Source: an uncultured Candidatus Bathyarchaeia archaeon
GTDB taxonomy: Archaea; Thermoproteota; Bathyarchaeia; EX4484-135
Length of the DNA: 40,000 bases
Assembly: GCA_964449495.1 (NCBI GenBank)
Contig: CAYUYX010000001.1
Location: forward strand, 2,332 to 42,331
Reading direction: 5' to 3'
Position numbers and translations under genes: made by a program. This document shows, one piece after another, positions 32,259-40,000 of the stretch (positions within the stretch are counted from its first letter, which is position 1; every line of letters starts with the position of its first letter). The notes under the pieces were generated by a model, which was not told the DNA's origin, ran no database searches, and worked only from the letters and a program-made list of their open reading frames with translations.

Positions 32259-32999
32259 ATGGGCGCACGGGGAAAACCGATGGTGGTGGCGTGCATACCG
32301 GCCTACAACGAGGAAGACACGATAGCCTCCGTGATTAAAGAGGCGCTCGGGCACGTTGACATGGTGATCGTTTGCGATGATGGTTCTACCGATTTGACGA
32401 GCAAGAGAGCTCGTGAGGCTGGCGCTTTTGTGATACGGCACCAGAGGAACATGGGTTACGGAGCTGCCCTGCGAACCCTTTTTGAGGTGGCCAGGATAAT
32501 AGATCCAGATGTAATGGTCATCTTGGATGCAGATGGGCAACACGATCCTAACGATATACCGGCTCTCGTTAATCCCGTTCTTTCCGGCGAGGCCGATATC
32601 GTGGTGGGCTCGAGGTTCCTTGGGAAGACGAGCATGCCCGCTTACCGGGGTGCCGGCATCAAGCTCATATCGCTTGTCGTTAGGCTAACGGCCTATCCCG
32701 GTCTAAGAGACGCTCAAAGCGGTTTCAGGGCTTATAGCCGGAGGGCCATAAGGGCCATAAGGGTAACAGAGCGTGGCATGGGGGCCAGCACGGAGATCCT
32801 CCTGAAGGCCGCCTACCACAGGCTCAAGCTCAGGGAGGTGCCTGTGGAGGTGAGATATGCCGGTATCGTGCATAGGATGAGCCCGTGGAAGCACGGGCTA
32901 TCTGTTTTGCTCGTCACCGTTAAACATGTTGTGAGGAAGTACCTCACGTTGTTCTGGTCTATCTTGAGCAAGAAGGTCAGGAGGATTCAGAAGCGATAG
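32259..32999 (+). CDS. Glycosyltransferase family 2 (dolichyl-phosphate hexosyltransferase-like)
   Basis: 246 aa. Motifs are VVACIPAYNEEDTI, VIVCDDGSTDLT, GYGAALRTLF, LDADGQHDP, VVGSRF and AQSGFRAY. Confidence 0.85.
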   Translation: MGARGKPMVVACIPAYNEEDTIASVIKEALGHVDMVIVCDDGSTDLTSKRAREAGAFVIRHQRNMGYGAALRTLFEVARIIDPDVMVILDADGQHDPNDIPALVNPVLSGEADIVVGSRFLGKTSMPAYRGAGIKLISLVVRLTAYPGLRDAQSGFRAYSRRAIRAIRVTERGMGASTEILLKAAYHRLKLREVPVEVRYAGIVHRMSPWKHGLSVLLVTVKHVVRKYLTLFWSILSKKVRRIQKR

Positions 33000-34545
33000 A
33001 ACCGGGCTCGTAAGCCCGGGAGGCGAGGAAGCCAAGCATCTTGAGAGATATCTCTCTCAGGGGGCCCGGGAACACGGACGTTATAGCCCGGATATCGTCT
33101 CGATTTAAGACGCCCAACAACCTTATCATCAACCCGTATACGCCAGCTCCGAGGAGCACGTAAGCCGGTAGGAGATAGACGTTATACGTGAGTTCCTGGA
33201 AGATGTAGACCACGGAGGCCATAACGGATCCGGCGAGCAAGCACTTCAGTATAGATGACCACTCTATCTCGAGAGCCTCCCTCGTGATGAGCACACAGAG
33301 GGCCGCTAAGACGGCGCTGGCCAGGCTCCTGGCGAGTGCTACTCCAAGCGCCCCATAAACCGGGAGGAGAAACAAGGCGAGGATAACGCCGAGGGCCGCT
33401 GATGAGAGCTTGATAGCCAGGTAGGCTATCGTCCGCTCGTACGTTATCAGGTAGTTGAGGAGCGATGGCGTTAGCATGGTGGTTACCCCGAAGACGCTTA
33501 TCATCATGAGTATGAGGTACCCCCGTGCGTAGGCCTCTCCTGCGAAGACGAATAAGACGATATGGGATAAGGCCGCCAGGCCAAGTGCCGCCGGTATGAA
33601 TAGCAATCCAAGGTACTTTGATATAGCCTTAGTGGTCAGGCGGACATCCTCATGCTTCTTTCCTCCAAACTTCTCGCCATAATAAGGTGAAATAGCCGTT
33701 CCAATAGCGGTTGGTATGGCCAATAGGACGCCGTAGGCCGTTGAAGCTACTTGGTAGATGCCGAGCCCCTCAAGGTTCCCCTGTCCAAGTATTACGGCCC
33801 TGTCAAACCACGATAAGATAAATGTGGATAGATTTGTTAAGAATATGGGGATGGAGAACTTCACGACCCCGGACAATATTCTTAACGCTTCCGAGATGCT
33901 CGGCAAGCGTAAATGGCCCTCCGTCAGGAGGATGACGGCCGGGTAAAAGCAGGCGAGCGCGTCTCCGATGAGCCAGGCGAGGGCTAAACCGTAGAGCCCT
34001 TGACCGAGCAGCATGAACACCAAAATGTATATCTGCCTGTATAGGCAAGCAAGTGTTCCAGAGAAGAATACATCTCTCGTCTTATTGAGGCCGAGGAGGC
34101 AGATGTTCAGGCTCATGTAAAGGTTGTACAGGAATATATCAGCTCCTACAAGCTGGAAGATGAGAGCGTAATCCGGCGTCCTAAGCAACCACTCAGAAAG
34201 CCAGCCGGATGATGTGAAGCACGTCAAGGCTATGGCGCCAGCTATGGCCCCCCTCCCGAGGAGTATGGATGCCGCTATTGAGCCATAGTCCTCCCCGGCT
34301 CCTATGGCTTGAGATATGAACTTCACCGGGGCAGATATCAAAGTGATGAACAGGCTCGCCACGCTGAGCACCATCCACATCGCAGTCCAAACGCCCATCT
34401 CGGCCACGGCCAGCTTCCTCGTCATGAACATGAAGACAACTATGGATATGATGTTCGTTGCCAGGCTCAAGGCCAGCATGTGGGCTGAGCCCCTCACCAC
34501 CCTCGTTACATCGGCCTCCAAGCCTGGCCTCCTGGCCCCTGGCAT
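32977..34545 (-). CDS. Polysaccharide biosynthesis protein / Wzx-type flippase (MOP superfamily)
   Basis: 522 aa and hydrophobic throughout, with more than 10 TM-like segments. The N-terminal pattern VRGSAHMLALSLATNIISIVVFMFMTRKL..AEMGVW is typical of RfbX/Wzx proteins. It converges on and overlaps the GT2 by 23 nt. Confidence 0.85.
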   Translation of the reverse strand: MPGARRPGLEADVTRVVRGSAHMLALSLATNIISIVVFMFMTRKLAVAEMGVWTAMWMVLSVASLFITLISAPVKFISQAIGAGEDYGSIAASILLGRGAIAGAIALTCFTSSGWLSEWLLRTPDYALIFQLVGADIFLYNLYMSLNICLLGLNKTRDVFFSGTLACLYRQIYILVFMLLGQGLYGLALAWLIGDALACFYPAVILLTEGHLRLPSISEALRILSGVVKFSIPIFLTNLSTFILSWFDRAVILGQGNLEGLGIYQVASTAYGVLLAIPTAIGTAISPYYGEKFGGKKHEDVRLTTKAISKYLGLLFIPAALGLAALSHIVLFVFAGEAYARGYLILMMISVFGVTTMLTPSLLNYLITYERTIAYLAIKLSSAALGVILALFLLPVYGALGVALARSLASAVLAALCVLITREALEIEWSSILKCLLAGSVMASVVYIFQELTYNVYLLPAYVLLGAGVYGLMIRLLGVLNRDDIRAITSVFPGPLREISLKMLGFLASRAYEPGSIASESS

Positions 34546-34615
34546 CGCTTCTATGGCTTATATAGGTTATGGTTTTACCACGGCCAGATTAATAAGCCAA
34601 ACTAATATAAGTTAG

Positions 34616-35518
34616 GTGGAGCTTGGTGCCCAAGGAGGGGCGCGTTTGACGGGGTGGCTTGAGCGTTTCTGGCGTCTTCTGCTTAGCTTACCAGCCAGCT
34701 TCCCCCAGAAGACGGCTGGCGCTCTTGCGAGCGACCTACTGCTGAAAACCGCCTTAGGGCTTTACTCCGCCCTCAGTAGGCCAACAAGGGAGGTGCCCGG
34801 GCGAGAGGTGCGGCTTCTCAAGGCTGAATCCCCTTATGGAACACTTGTTTACCCTGAGGACTCCGGCCCTACATCAATACTTGAGAAACCCATTTACACG
34901 AGGGTAAGGGACATCCGGCCCGATGATGTGGTCATAGATATCGGCGCCCATGTCGGTGCTTTCACACTGAAGGCAGCAAGGAAAGCGGTGAACGGTCTTG
35001 TTATAGCGGTAGAGCCCCATCCAGCGAACTTCAAGTTATTAGTCCGTAACATAAGATTTAATCGGTTGGAGAACGTGGTGCCTATTCAAGCTGCGATATG
35101 CGATAAGACGGGTAGAATAAGGCTGTACTCACATGGAGATTCCGTTTCACACTCTGTTGTTCTCCCCGGCCGGCGAGGTTGCTACGTAGAGGTCAGGGCC
35201 ATCACGCTGGATGAGCTCGTGGGGGAGCTCGGCCTGAAGCGTGTAGATTTCGTGAAGATAGACGCCGAGGGGGCAGAGCTCCATATCCTCAGAGGCGGGC
35301 GAGCCACGCTCAGGAAGATGGCGCCATTCCTCTCCATAGCTGCTTACCACACGCCATCAGAGGCCATAATGGTGATGCGGTTCTTGCACAAGCTGGGCTA
35401 CCGCTTCGCCACTTACCGGGGGCCGGAGGATCCATACCTCAAGATATTCGCCTTCAGGCCCAGGAAGCGCTTACTTGGCATAGGGGGTGGGCTAAGTGAG
35501 CCAGATTCCCCTCCATAG
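34616..35518 (+). CDS. FkbM-family SAM-dependent methyltransferase
   Basis: 300 aa with a GTG start. Motifs are VVIDIGAHVGAFTLKAA (motif I), VIAVEPHPANFKLLVRNI and VKIDAEGAELHILRGG. It is a second FkbM paralogue in the window. Confidence 0.8.
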   Translation: MELGAQGGARLTGWLERFWRLLLSLPASFPQKTAGALASDLLLKTALGLYSALSRPTREVPGREVRLLKAESPYGTLVYPEDSGPTSILEKPIYTRVRDIRPDDVVIDIGAHVGAFTLKAARKAVNGLVIAVEPHPANFKLLVRNIRFNRLENVVPIQAAICDKTGRIRLYSHGDSVSHSVVLPGRRGCYVEVRAITLDELVGELGLKRVDFVKIDAEGAELHILRGGRATLRKMAPFLSIAAYHTPSEAIMVMRFLHKLGYRFATYRGPEDPYLKIFAFRPRKRLLGIGGGLSEPDSPP

Positions 35519-36776
35519 TCTTTGCTTTGGATGCGGTATATGCGCTGCCGTCTGCCCAACACGAGCCATAAGCATGGAGATCACGAGAGAAGGAGTTTAC
35601 AAGCCTTTTTTAGCCCCCGATAGGTGTTCGGGGTGCGATCTCTGTAAAGCAGTTTGTCCGGCGATTTCCCTCGATCTTAAGGAGCTTTCATTGCGGGTGT
35701 TCGGCCGTCCTCCAACGGATCCCTACGTGGGCTTCGTTAAGAGCGTTTATATCGGTTACTCCACAGATGAGGGGCTCCGATACATGAGCTCCTCAGGTGG
35801 AGTAGCGACCGCTCTCATAATAAAGGCTCTTGAGGACGGTATGGTAGACGGCGCCCTCCTCGTGAAGATGGATGAAAGGAGGCCTCTTCTGCCAAAGCCC
35901 TTTGTAGCTCGCTCGCCTGAGGAAGCGAAGAAGGCCGCGGGTTCTAAGTACTGCCCGGTCCCCCTCCTCACGGCTCTCCCAGAGGCCATGGAGCTTCCTG
36001 GCCGCTTTGCTGTGGTCGGCTTGCCGTGCCATATCTGGGCCATGAGGAAGGCCGAAGCTGTTTTAAAGGCTCTTAGGGAGAAGGCAGCCTTTTACATAGG
36101 CCTGTTCTGCTCCCACACGTTCACGTTCTACGCTACCCTGTTGTGGCTCCACGAGCTCGGCGTGAAGCCCTCCGAGGTGGTCTCCCTGGCTTATCGGGGG
36201 CATGGGTGGCCCGGTTACATGACGGTCAAGTTAAGAGATGGCTCTTGGCGGTGGATGCCCAGCCTGAAATATCTGATTCCATTTAACCCCTATCTCTTCA
36301 CCCCCTTATCGTGCCTAGCGTGCCCTGATGCGACCAACGAGCTCGCCGATATTTCCGTTGGCGATGCGTGGTCCCTCAAGGAGTTCACAGGCGAATTGAG
36401 CCCGGGCTACTCCTTAATCGTGACGAGGACACCTCGGGGAGAGGAGCTTCTCAAATCAGCCGTTGAAGAGGGGCGTTTATCCGTGAGAGAACTCAGTTTA
36501 AAGGAGCTTTATAAGAGCCAAGGGGTCATCTTAAAATTGAAGAAGAAGGGTTTCTTGGCGAGGAAACGGCTTCTTAAAGCCCGATTTGGCCATCTTGCGA
36601 TAGAGGTTCCTCACGCATTAAAGCCGGACGTCAGGGATTACGTGTCATCATCTATAGCCTTCCTCGGGGCCAAGCTCACCTCCCACCGCACGATATTCCT
36701 CATCTCCGCCCACGTCCCCATTCCTTTATTTAGGGCGTTCAGCTTGTTGTTCTATGCCGGGGCGGGGAGACTATGA
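35496..36776 (+). CDS. FrhB/FdhB-like (coenzyme F420 hydrogenase/dehydrogenase beta-subunit family) Fe-S flavoprotein
   Basis: 426 aa. It has two ferredoxin-type cluster motifs (CFGCGICAAVCPTRAI; CSGCDLCKAVCPA), then SSGGVATAL..., GSKYCPV and VGLPCHIWAMRK, typical of the FrhB_FdhB N/C domains. It overlaps both neighbours. Confidence 0.8.
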   Translation: MSQIPLHSLCFGCGICAAVCPTRAISMEITREGVYKPFLAPDRCSGCDLCKAVCPAISLDLKELSLRVFGRPPTDPYVGFVKSVYIGYSTDEGLRYMSSSGGVATALIIKALEDGMVDGALLVKMDERRPLLPKPFVARSPEEAKKAAGSKYCPVPLLTALPEAMELPGRFAVVGLPCHIWAMRKAEAVLKALREKAAFYIGLFCSHTFTFYATLLWLHELGVKPSEVVSLAYRGHGWPGYMTVKLRDGSWRWMPSLKYLIPFNPYLFTPLSCLACPDATNELADISVGDAWSLKEFTGELSPGYSLIVTRTPRGEELLKSAVEEGRLSVRELSLKELYKSQGVILKLKKKGFLARKRLLKARFGHLAIEVPHALKPDVRDYVSSSIAFLGAKLTSHRTIFLISAHVPIPLFRAFSLLFYAGAGRL

Positions 36777-38041
36777 AAGAGCCCACAGTGGCCATAGCAT
36801 TCCCGTTTCTCCTGACGAACGACGGCGATTACTCCCTCTTGAAGGCCATTATGAGCGTTTTGTCAGAGCGTTTCCCTAAGATGAAATTTGTCATCTTACT
36901 GTGGAGAAGCCCTGGCAAACTCTATGTGGAACGTGTAGATTTCATAGCGTTTAACGTCCCGGCTCCCAAAATACCTGGAGGCTCGCTTGACATGGTAATG
37001 TGGTTTTCTCAAGCGCTCTTATACCGGCTTCTCGGCGTTAAACCATCAAGCACATTCCTCCGAGCTATAGCGGACTCCGATGTGGCCTTAGCTCCCTCAC
37101 GGGACATGTTGGTCATGAATGGCCTCGGGGGGTTGACAAGCTTCTTATACTCCCTCTTCTGGGTCATGCTCCCGAAGGTGCTCGGAAAGCCGACAATCCT
37201 TCTATCGGCTGATTTCATGCCGGGAAAAGGCTTTAAGAGAAAGCTTTTAGCCCCATTGCTCCGATCGCTCATGAGCTCCCTTGAGCTGCTGATCGTTAGA
37301 AATGAGAAATCAAGGCAGAACCTCCTTGAGATGGGCATCCCTCCTCACAAGGTGATGGTGGTTACTGATAGCTCTTTCCTGTTACGGCCAATAGGCCGGG
37401 AGGAGGCCATTAAGATACTTAATGCCGAGGGAGTACCAGTGCACCACAAGCCTCTTATCGGATTAAGCATTCATCCACTTCTCCACAAAGCAAGACGCCG
37501 CTCCTTGAGCACGAGTTGGCGTGAAGTAGCCGCAATCCTCGCTGAAGCTTTAGATCGCCTGATAGAGGAGCTTAATGCCATAGTGGTATTCGTGCCGAGG
37601 GTCTCCATTTTCGGTGAAAGCGATAGAACGCTGGCGAAGGAGGTGAAGTCCCTCATGAGGCACAAGGAACGGTATATCCTGCTCTCGAGGAAGTACAGGC
37701 CTGAGCAGATACGGGCTATCATAGGCGTCTTCGACCTTCTCATAGCTCTCCCCTTTCACGCCCTCGTCCACGCCGTCAGCATGGGGGTGCCAGCCGTTGC
37801 TGTTGATTACGGCGGTAAGACCTTAGAACTCATGCGCTCGCTCGACCTCGAGGGGCTCGTTATTCCAGCTCAAGAGCTAACACCAGAGGCTATCGTGCAA
37901 CGGGCAATATTCGTTTGGTCAGCAAGGGACCGGATAAGGGCTAAGCTCTTGGAAGCTAAAGAACGGCTTAGGAAAGAAGCGATGAAGGGCCTTGAGGCAT
38001 TCTCAGAGTTTTTAGGGCTTTCCATGTCCAAAACCGCTTAG
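36773..38041 (+). CDS. Polysaccharide pyruvyl transferase family protein (CsaB/WcaK-like)
   Basis: 422 aa with an ATGA overlap with the FrhB-like gene. The C-terminal pattern LIALPFHALVHAVSMGVPAVAVDYGGKTLELMRSLDLEG matches the PS_pyruv_trans family (R/xHaxIxaxxxgxPxixixYxxK). Confidence 0.75.
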   Translation: MKEPTVAIAFPFLLTNDGDYSLLKAIMSVLSERFPKMKFVILLWRSPGKLYVERVDFIAFNVPAPKIPGGSLDMVMWFSQALLYRLLGVKPSSTFLRAIADSDVALAPSRDMLVMNGLGGLTSFLYSLFWVMLPKVLGKPTILLSADFMPGKGFKRKLLAPLLRSLMSSLELLIVRNEKSRQNLLEMGIPPHKVMVVTDSSFLLRPIGREEAIKILNAEGVPVHHKPLIGLSIHPLLHKARRRSLSTSWREVAAILAEALDRLIEELNAIVVFVPRVSIFGESDRTLAKEVKSLMRHKERYILLSRKYRPEQIRAIIGVFDLLIALPFHALVHAVSMGVPAVAVDYGGKTLELMRSLDLEGLVIPAQELTPEAIVQRAIFVWSARDRIRAKLLEAKERLRKEAMKGLEAFSEFLGLSMSKTA

Positions 38042-39071
38042 GAATACGCTCAAGGATATTCTTTAACCTTCTCCCATGTAGAGCTGGTCTAAGCCTCTTC
38101 TTGAAAAAGGCACGGGCTTGTTCCCTGAGTTCTTCTCTCTGCTCTTCATCCGAAGCTAACCGCCTGAGGATACTTGGCCATCTCAGAAAATCGTCCTCAG
38201 CCAGGACGTGGAAACCAGCCTTAAGGCCCCTCACCCCCCTGATCACGAAGTTGGTCGTGATAATCGGTACACCGTGGTAGAGCCCCTCAAGAAGCCTAAC
38301 GCAGATGCCCGAGAAGCAGATATCCGGGATGAGAAATGCAAGAGCCTTCTCGAACAACATGGGGAGCTCCGGCTCAAAGACGCATCCTATGGGCACGATG
38401 TTCTCCGGCAGCTTATCATGGCCAGATACACGCTTAAGCTCGTTTTCTTTGACCGCTATGATGAAATTAAACTCTGGTAGAGCTCTTGCCAGGCGAAGGT
38501 AAATTCTCTTCGGCTCATAACCAAAAAAGAAAGGGCTTTTCTTTTCAATGATTTCTTTGATGTTACGGACTTCCGTCCTCTTGTCCCTCAAGAGCGATAC
38601 GTAGGTGGGCTCAAGCACGCTCGTCCGCCTGATGAGCGCCCTGCCCAACCTCATCCTGCTCATCTCGGTGAAGACGAGCGTCCAATCTGAGAGGTGGGCG
38701 AGGGCGAATGTATGGAGGGACGATGCACATAACCACAAAGCGTCGTCAAATTGAAGCCCTCGCATGCAGGGGAACTCCTCTACTCCGATGCTGTGAACCC
38801 TCAGCACGAGCTTGGCGTCGAAGGCTCTGGCGATGTCCTTGGCTATGTACCACGGCGTGCATGTCTCACTAATGACGTAATCGGGCTCAAGCTCCTTAAG
38901 CGCTTCGGAGATGTGCTCGCTTAACCGTGCTCGGGCGGTATTGAGGTAGAAGGCTGCCTCATTCTTAAAAACCATATCGAGAGAAAGCCTGAGGAGCCTT
39001 ATTCCCACCCGTTTTCCATCCGTATCGAAATAGATGAATTGGTCAAGAGGGCTGGTTCTTATCCACATCAC
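37968..39071 (-). CDS. GT-B-fold glycosyltransferase-like protein; the true 5' end is probably at 39241 across a frame break (see findings)
   Basis: 367-aa ORF. The C-terminal half reads AFLIPDICFSGICVRLLEGLYHGVPIITTNFVIRGVRGLKAGFHVLAEDD, like GT4-type E-x7-E regions. The frame stays open upstream of ATG 39071 (GKTALFVGYGRWRRSLTEPRGYHRVIQGSLVGLKLAGYKTAYLEV). Confidence 0.65.
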   Translation of the reverse strand: MMWIRTSPLDQFIYFDTDGKRVGIRLLRLSLDMVFKNEAAFYLNTARARLSEHISEALKELEPDYVISETCTPWYIAKDIARAFDAKLVLRVHSIGVEEFPCMRGLQFDDALWLCASSLHTFALAHLSDWTLVFTEMSRMRLGRALIRRTSVLEPTYVSLLRDKRTEVRNIKEIIEKKSPFFFGYEPKRIYLRLARALPEFNFIIAVKENELKRVSGHDKLPENIVPIGCVFEPELPMLFEKALAFLIPDICFSGICVRLLEGLYHGVPIITTNFVIRGVRGLKAGFHVLAEDDFLRWPSILRRLASDEEQREELREQARAFFKKRLRPALHGRRLKNILERIPKRFWTWKALKTLRMPQGPSSLLS

Positions 39072-39245
39072 CTCTAAATAGGCAGTTTTGTATCCCGCAA
39101 GCTTCAGGCCAACAAGTGAGCCCTGTATGACCCTGTGGTACCCACGGGGCTCTGTGAGACTGCGGCGCCATCTGCCGTAACCAACGAAGAGGGCCGTTTT
39201 TCCCGTGGCTCCCCCCGTCCCCGCCTGATTGTTTCGACCATATCT

Positions 39246-39254
39246 TTTTATAAA
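39246..39254. promoter_or_regulatory. Shared A/T box (TTTTATAAA) in the divergent spacer between the GT gene and the DUF362 gene
   Basis: It sits about 18-26 nt upstream of GTG 39272 on the plus strand, which fits a leaderless start, and immediately upstream of ATG 39241 on the minus strand. The motif is palindromic. Confidence 0.4.
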
Positions 39255-39271
39255 CCTTTAGGTCGGCGAAG

Positions 39272-40000
39272 GTGCAAATCTTTATTGCCCGCTTTAACTA
39301 TGAGGCGCTGAAAGGGGCTATGAGCCGTCAAGCCGATGTCGTGGTGGTGAGAATACGGGATTACTCCTCCATGCGGGACGCCTTAGCCGAGGCCATAAGA
39401 GTCCTCGGCGGCCTCTACCTAAATCAGGATAAAGTGGCCATTAAGATAAATCTCTGCGATGCAAGAACACCAGATACGGGCGCGATAACCCACCCGGCGT
39501 CCTTAGACGCTCTCCTCTGGCTCCTGAGGGAGCGTATGAGCTTCGACGGGCCTATATACGTGGTAGAGGGGGATAGCGGCACCGTCTTAGCGGACGAGTA
39601 CGCCCGGTGGTTTGGCTTTAGCCCCATCATAGAGCGTTGGGGGGCTCGCTGGCTTAACATCGCAAAGGCGAGGAAGAAGCTCCTCCGCTTGAACGGACGG
39701 ATCTTCAAGGCCATGAAGCTCCCCGATGAGCTCATTGGCTCCTTTTTCATCACCCTCGCACGGCTAAAGACGAACATCATAACGAAGATCACGGGGGCGC
39801 TTAAGAACCAATTCGGCTGTCTTCCCTTCGTCTACAAGAGCAAGTTCCACCCCTGGATAGACGAGGTGATAGCCGATATCAATCAGGCGCTTAGACCCTC
39901 TCTTGCCATCGTGGATGGCCTGGTGGCCCACGTAGGCGTGAAAGGGCCATCCTTTGGTATTCCATCTAAGGCCGGCCTCATCGTAGTGGGGAAAGACCCG
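39272..40000 (+). CDS. DUF362-domain protein, partial (continues past the right edge)
   Basis: Not in the ORF track because there is no stop in the window. My translation from GTG 39272 (or ATG 39320) is ...VAIKINLCDARTPDTGAITHPASLDALLWLL...IYVVEGDSG...LKTNIITKITGALKNQFGCLP...KFHPWIDEVIADINQALRPSLAIVDGLVAHVGVKGPSFGIP..GLIVVGKDP. This matches the DUF362 pattern, and 243 codons stay open to the edge. Confidence 0.75.
   Translation, partial: MQIFIARFNYEALKGAMSRQADVVVVRIRDYSSMRDALAEAIRVLGGLYLNQDKVAIKINLCDARTPDTGAITHPASLDALLWLLRERMSFDGPIYVVEGDSGTVLADEYARWFGFSPIIERWGARWLNIAKARKKLLRLNGRIFKAMKLPDELIGSFFITLARLKTNIITKITGALKNQFGCLPFVYKSKFHPWIDEVIADINQALRPSLAIVDGLVAHVGVKGPSFGIPSKAGLIVVGKDP

Noticed and set aside
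39424-39792. 122-aa minus-strand ORF
   Set aside because: It is antisense to the DUF362 gene, which is open for 243 codons to the window edge and has clear family motifs.
1-40000. CRISPR arrays, rRNA genes, integrase/recombinase genes and a tnpA (HUH) transposase
   Set aside because: I looked for regularly spaced short direct repeats and for the corresponding protein motifs and found none. The only tandem repeats are in-frame coding repeats (9925-10819 and 24100-24258).

Overview
The window looks archaeal, most like Thermoproteales-type Crenarchaeota. The signals are a PaREP1-family gene, A/T-box promoters about 25 nt upstream of start codons, AGG/AGA/ATA-rich codon use, and frequent ATGA/GTG/TTG start-stop coupling. 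It is an almost fully coding accessory region in three blocks. (1) 1-20544 is a nucleotide-sugar and surface-glycan cluster. It holds a partial SDR, rmlD and rmlC, then an AT-rich patch of gene wreckage: a frameshifted methyltransferase, two fragments copied from the junction of the alkaline-phosphatase-family gene pair, and a truncated rmlA-like gene. After that comes an 11-gene minus-strand array: SDR, DegT aminotransferase, two alkaline-phosphatase/NPP-family enzymes, FkbM methyltransferase, a 1146-aa polytopic membrane protein with two tandemly duplicated beta-sandwich modules, one GT4, three GT2 and a small orphan. A divergent plus-strand DegT-SDR-GT2 operon follows; its first two genes are a diverged inverted paralogue of the pair at 3859-5887. 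(2) About 20.9-28.2 kb is a decaying mobilome and toxin-antitoxin island. It contains a flippase remnant, a GC-rich bipartite hairpin, vapBC, a degenerate tRNA-like sequence and a frameshifted GIY-YIG-like gene. It also contains a vapC fragment abutting a tnpB fragment, a coiled-coil/PD-(D/E)xK protein, a HEPN-MNT pair and a PaREP1 gene. A retropepsin-like protease gene there is split by a tnpB element that carries a small RHH gene where tnpA would be. (3) 28059-40000 is a second glycan cluster: LamG protein, beta-propeller glycosidase-like protein, polysaccharide deacetylase, GT2, Wzx-type flippase, FkbM, FrhB-like Fe-S flavoprotein, pyruvyl transferase, a GT-B glycosyltransferase and a partial DUF362 gene. 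I found no rRNA, no CRISPR array and no integrase. Three otherwise intact genes are broken by a one-base shortfall in G/C homopolymers, which could be assembly error or real. All family names come from reading motifs by eye. No database or HMM search was possible, and start codons are approximate.
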